A DNA stretch of 64,000 bases, from assembly GCA_965198115.1 (NCBI GenBank), contig OZ240241.1, positions 3,616,001-3,680,000 on the forward strand, given 5' to 3'. A model generated the notes under the pieces. It saw nothing but the letters and a program-made list of their open reading frames with translations. It was not told the origin of the DNA and did no database searches. This document shows positions 60,604-64,000 of the stretch, in pieces. Position 1 is the stretch's first letter, and each line of letters starts with the position of its first letter. Source of the stretch: Candidatus Latescibacterota bacterium. Its GTDB lineage: Bacteria > Latescibacterota > UBA2968. Both the position numbers and the translations under genes were made by a program.

Positions 60604-61416
60604 GTGTCCTTCACCCAGGCCATCGACGCCCGCGCAACGACGATCGACTCTTGCGTATGCGTAGGCCTTGACCCGGACTTGACCAAACTCCCCCGATCGA
60701 TCGACAGAAACCCCGAAGGCGCCGAACGGTTCCTCGAACGAATCATCGAGACAACGTCCGACATCTCCTGCGCCTACAAACCCAACTTCGCCTTTTTCGG
60801 CGCCCTCGGCCCAGAGGGACTCGACATCCTTGTCCGGATTCGAAAAGCCATCCCATCCGATGTGCCCGTCATTCTCGATTTCAAAGCAGGCGACATCGGA
60901 AACACGGCCGACCGCTACGCCGAAATGGCCTACGACGTGATCGGCGCCGACGCGGTCACCGTCAATCCATACATGGGTTTCGACGCAATCGAGCCATTCC
61001 TTCGGCCGGGCCGCTGCGCTTACGTGCTGTGTCTGACGTCGAACGAGACGTCTGCCGAGGTTCAGAGGCTGACGGTCGATGGACGTCCCCTCTACGCGAT
61101 CACCGCGGAAACGACAAATGGATGGGCCGAGCACGGCGAATGTGGACTCGTCGTCGGCGCCACGCACCCAGACGAGCTGGCAGAGATTCGGCAGATCTCC
61201 CCGACCCTCCCTTTCCTCATTCCTGGCGTGGGCACCCAAGGAGGCGACGCGCTGACGGTCGTTCGGCGGGGGGCCTTTCTGGGCGGGGGCGGCATCCTCA
61301 TCAACGCCTCCCGAAGCGTCCTGTATGCTTCCCCGAACGACGATTTCGCTGAAGCCGCGCGCGAGGCAGCTGAAGCGCTGCGAACAGTCACATCCGCCGT
61401 CTCCAACGAGGCCTGA
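60604..61416 (+). CDS. pyrF: orotidine-5'-phosphate decarboxylase
   Basis: CVGLDP, YKPN, DFKAGDIGNT, NPYMG, PGVGTQGG and INASR motifs. Confidence 0.95.
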   Translation: MSFTQAIDARATTIDSCVCVGLDPDLTKLPRSIDRNPEGAERFLERIIETTSDISCAYKPNFAFFGALGPEGLDILVRIRKAIPSDVPVILDFKAGDIGNTADRYAEMAYDVIGADAVTVNPYMGFDAIEPFLRPGRCAYVLCLTSNETSAEVQRLTVDGRPLYAITAETTNGWAEHGECGLVVGATHPDELAEIRQISPTLPFLIPGVGTQGGDALTVVRRGAFLGGGGILINASRSVLYASPNDDFAEAAREAAEALRTVTSAVSNEA

Positions 61417-61417
61417 T

Positions 61418-62221
61418 GTGCCCAAGAGACTGACGGACCAACAGCTGGAGGCGTGGAATCGGGACGGGTATCTCGTCCTCAAAAGGGTCCTGACCAAATC
61501 GCAGATCAACGGACTTCGCGCCGACGTCGACCGACTTTACAGAAAATACGTCACCCGAAACCCGGAAGCAGATGCGACGGGTGGCCTGGATCGACGGGAC
61601 ATCCTCCATGAAAGCAACCGATTCATCAAACTGATCGATCACCGGTCGACGTTCGACATAACGCGCCAGCTCATGGGACCGTGGATCCAGCTAAGCATGG
61701 CACAGGCGCTGATCAGGAAACCCGACCCCGGCTACAACGGCTACGTGCACACCGACGGCGGTCAGGCCCTAAGCCGAATCCGGGTGACGGAAACGAGTGC
61801 CCCTCTACAAGTCAAGTTTCAGTACTTTCTGACCGACGTGACCGGCGAGGATCGTGGCAATTTCGTCGTCTTTCCGGGCAGCCACCTCCGCCCCTATCCC
61901 CAGAACGGCGAACGCCCCACACCCGCCACCCCGGGAGCGGTGCAGCTCGAGGCGAGGGCCGGAGATGCGGCCATCTTTCCGCACGCGCTATGGCACGGTG
62001 TGGCCCCGAACAAAGGGCGCCGAGCAAGAAAAACGCTGATCTACTGCTACAGCCACCACTGCTTTCGCCAGTTCGACTTCAATATCGTCAACCCTGACGT
62101 CCTATCACGATGCACGCCCAGACAGCGCAGGCTCCTCGGTGACCTGGGGGCCGACTGGCGGCCGGGCGCCTACTTCTACAGTCCCGGAGACCAGGAGCAG
62201 GTCATCGGTTCGAACCCGTAA
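61418..62221 (+). CDS. phytanoyl-CoA dioxygenase (PhyH) family protein
   Basis: RDGYLVL, HTD, VFPGSH and WHG motifs. Confidence 0.85.
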   Translation: MPKRLTDQQLEAWNRDGYLVLKRVLTKSQINGLRADVDRLYRKYVTRNPEADATGGLDRRDILHESNRFIKLIDHRSTFDITRQLMGPWIQLSMAQALIRKPDPGYNGYVHTDGGQALSRIRVTETSAPLQVKFQYFLTDVTGEDRGNFVVFPGSHLRPYPQNGERPTPATPGAVQLEARAGDAAIFPHALWHGVAPNKGRRARKTLIYCYSHHCFRQFDFNIVNPDVLSRCTPRQRRLLGDLGADWRPGAYFYSPGDQEQVIGSNP

Positions 62222-62222
62222 C

Positions 62223-62600
62223 TCATCCAGCCCCTCCAAGCCGAACCGAACGCCCGTCGTCGTTCACGGCCACATAGACCGCGCGCGCTTTCGTGACGCT
62301 GACGGTGCCCGAACCATCCACACGTTCAGCCTCCACATCGACCGCCACCGTGACCGATGACCGCCCCGTTTCGAGTGTTTCGGTGTAGAACGACACGAGG
62401 TCGCCCACGTTCACCGGCGCGATGAACTCCACCTTGTCGATCGCTGCGGTGACGACACGGTGTCGCGTGTGCTTCCGCGCCTCGACCGCGCCAGCAATGT
62501 CGAGATGGCTCAAAATGGCGCCGCCGAAGATCGTGCCGTGACCGTTCGTGTCTTTGGGCATCAGGATCACTCGGATCGAAGGTTCTCGGTTCTCGTTCAT
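62223..62600 (-). CDS. acyl-CoA thioesterase (YciA-type hotdog fold)
   Basis: PKDTNGHGTIFGG..D and FIAPVNVGD..GRSS motifs. Confidence 0.92.
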   Translation of the reverse strand: MNENREPSIRVILMPKDTNGHGTIFGGAILSHLDIAGAVEARKHTRHRVVTAAIDKVEFIAPVNVGDLVSFYTETLETGRSSVTVAVDVEAERVDGSGTVSVTKARAVYVAVNDDGRSVRLGGAG

Positions 62601-64000
62601 CTCTCTCTCGCCCCTCCGAAATGCTTTTGGAGCAACCGCTTGGCACCGTCCGCCGCGATGTCCTGCGTGACGAGCTGACGCAGCAGCGATCTGCCCTGGC
62701 CACCCGCCTCGAATCGCTCGATAGCTGTCGCGAGCGCTGAATCGGCCGCCAACTCGTGCCCGCTCGCAAGCAGAAACATTACGTGTTCGAAGTGCAGATC
62801 GCGCAGGTTGCCGTTCAGTTTGAGCGCGTATTCGGCCTCCGAGCGGGCCTCCTCGAAGTAGCTGTGCTCGAAAAACGACCGGGCGATGCGCTGCCGCACG
62901 TGCGCCTGGAAGCTGTCTGACTCCGCCACGGACAGATCGACCACCTCCGAAAAGTGATCTTTCGCCTCCTCCAGCCTGCCGGCTCTCAGATACTTGAGCG
63001 CATCTTGATACAGGCGGATGGCTCGGGCCTCGGACCGGAGGCCCCGGGTGCGTTGCTCCCTTGCTTGAGTCGTGTCACCATCGGCAAGCAGCAGGGCGGC
63101 CACCCGATGGCGGGCGCCCCGCGCCCCTCTCAGTTTGCCCTCCGCGTATTCCTCGACCAGAGCCAACCACGATCCTCTTCGGGGGGCGAGCCCGTTCCGA
63201 CGGCCATAAAGGTGGACGTCGTCGAACGATCGTATCAGCCGAAAGTCGTCGATTCGACCGCCCTCCAGGTAGCGATGGAAGAGGTGTGCGTCCACGAAGG
63301 CGTGGCGACCGGTCCGTGTGGCATCCGCTTTGGACGTGTCGGCGTACTCGGCCGCCATCGCATTTCGGACAATTAGAAGATCCGGTCGGAAGTGGTTGAC
63401 GATCGGATAGGACCATCTCGAATAGCCTAAAAGCATCCAGAAACTCCGATGGCACGTAGGCGTAGGTCGAGTAAAGAATCCGTGTCGTCGACGGGTAGTG
63501 TTCGCCGATCCACCGACCCGCTTCGACTTCCGCTGATGCAACGTCACGGCCCGCTATCGCCAAGAACACGGCGCGTGTCTCTGATGCAGGCATCCACGCC
63601 GCCACGATGCCCAAAGCGACAACCCCCCATCGTCCGGATCGCCCCGCCATTCGATTCCATACATAGACGTAGCCATATCCAACGAAAAGGAGGATCACGG
63701 GCAAAAGTGGTAAGAGGTGGCGTGGCCGTTTGAGGCTGGAAAAGATCGATAGGTATGCCAACAGCACGATGACCCAGGCAAACAGAAGGAGCGTTTGTCT
63801 CCGGACAGGGATCTCACGCCGCCATACGCGGAGAGCAACGTGGGATCCGAGCAGGGAGAGGACGATCGTGTTGACCGGCCCCAGAAGCGTATAGAGAACG
63901 GTCAACCAGTTCAAAAGGCTGCGTTCTCCCCACACGGTGTGTCCGAATGCCATCACCTGGCGTTCAGCCTGCAGATTCTCGAGGAAAAGATCCAAGTCTA
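62597..64000 (-). CDS. C-terminal part of a membrane glycosyltransferase-like (GT-C/ArnT-like) protein with TPR tail; frameshifted, 5' end outside window
   Basis: TM helices with RHLLPLLP, then a periplasmic domain and a TPR-like helical C-terminus across several frames. Confidence 0.5.

Overview
Bacterial, GC-rich, probably a long-read assembly: more than a dozen otherwise intact genes carry single-base frameshifts. Gene content (sulfatases, PhyH dioxygenases, Gfo/Idh/MocA oxidoreductases, TonB receptor) resembles Latescibacterota/Gemmatimonadota/Poribacteria-like diderm heterotrophs; this taxonomy is inference only. The first 18.4 kb holds five insertion sequences from five families (IS21, ISL3, IS256, ISAzo13, IS630). 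I could read their inverted repeats directly, and target duplications for all but the truncated IS21. They disrupt a patatin (twice), a sulfatase and a REP cluster. The rest is mostly minus-strand catabolic and envelope genes, three tRNAs (Thr-CGT, Glu-TTC, Val-CAC) and RNase P RNA. Best candidate novel system (38.6-50.8 kb): an HpnL/HpnM/HpnN-like lipid-trafficking set plus TolC, built around a bifunctional IPCT/DIPPS-like CDP-polyol enzyme, with no hopanoid cyclase or periplasmic adaptor in the window. Next to it is an unknown two-fold internally repeated membrane protein coupled to GMC and Gfo/Idh/MocA oxidoreductases. Other highlights: an orphan sRNA with a near-consensus promoter and terminator (57.0-57.2 kb), a riboswitch-like leader ahead of a membrane patatin operon (9.3-9.5 kb), a possible LysR-divergent sRNA, a sigma-54 TonB operon, and a nested IS with a 34-bp duplication. 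No CRISPR array, rRNA, integrase or reverse transcriptase was seen.
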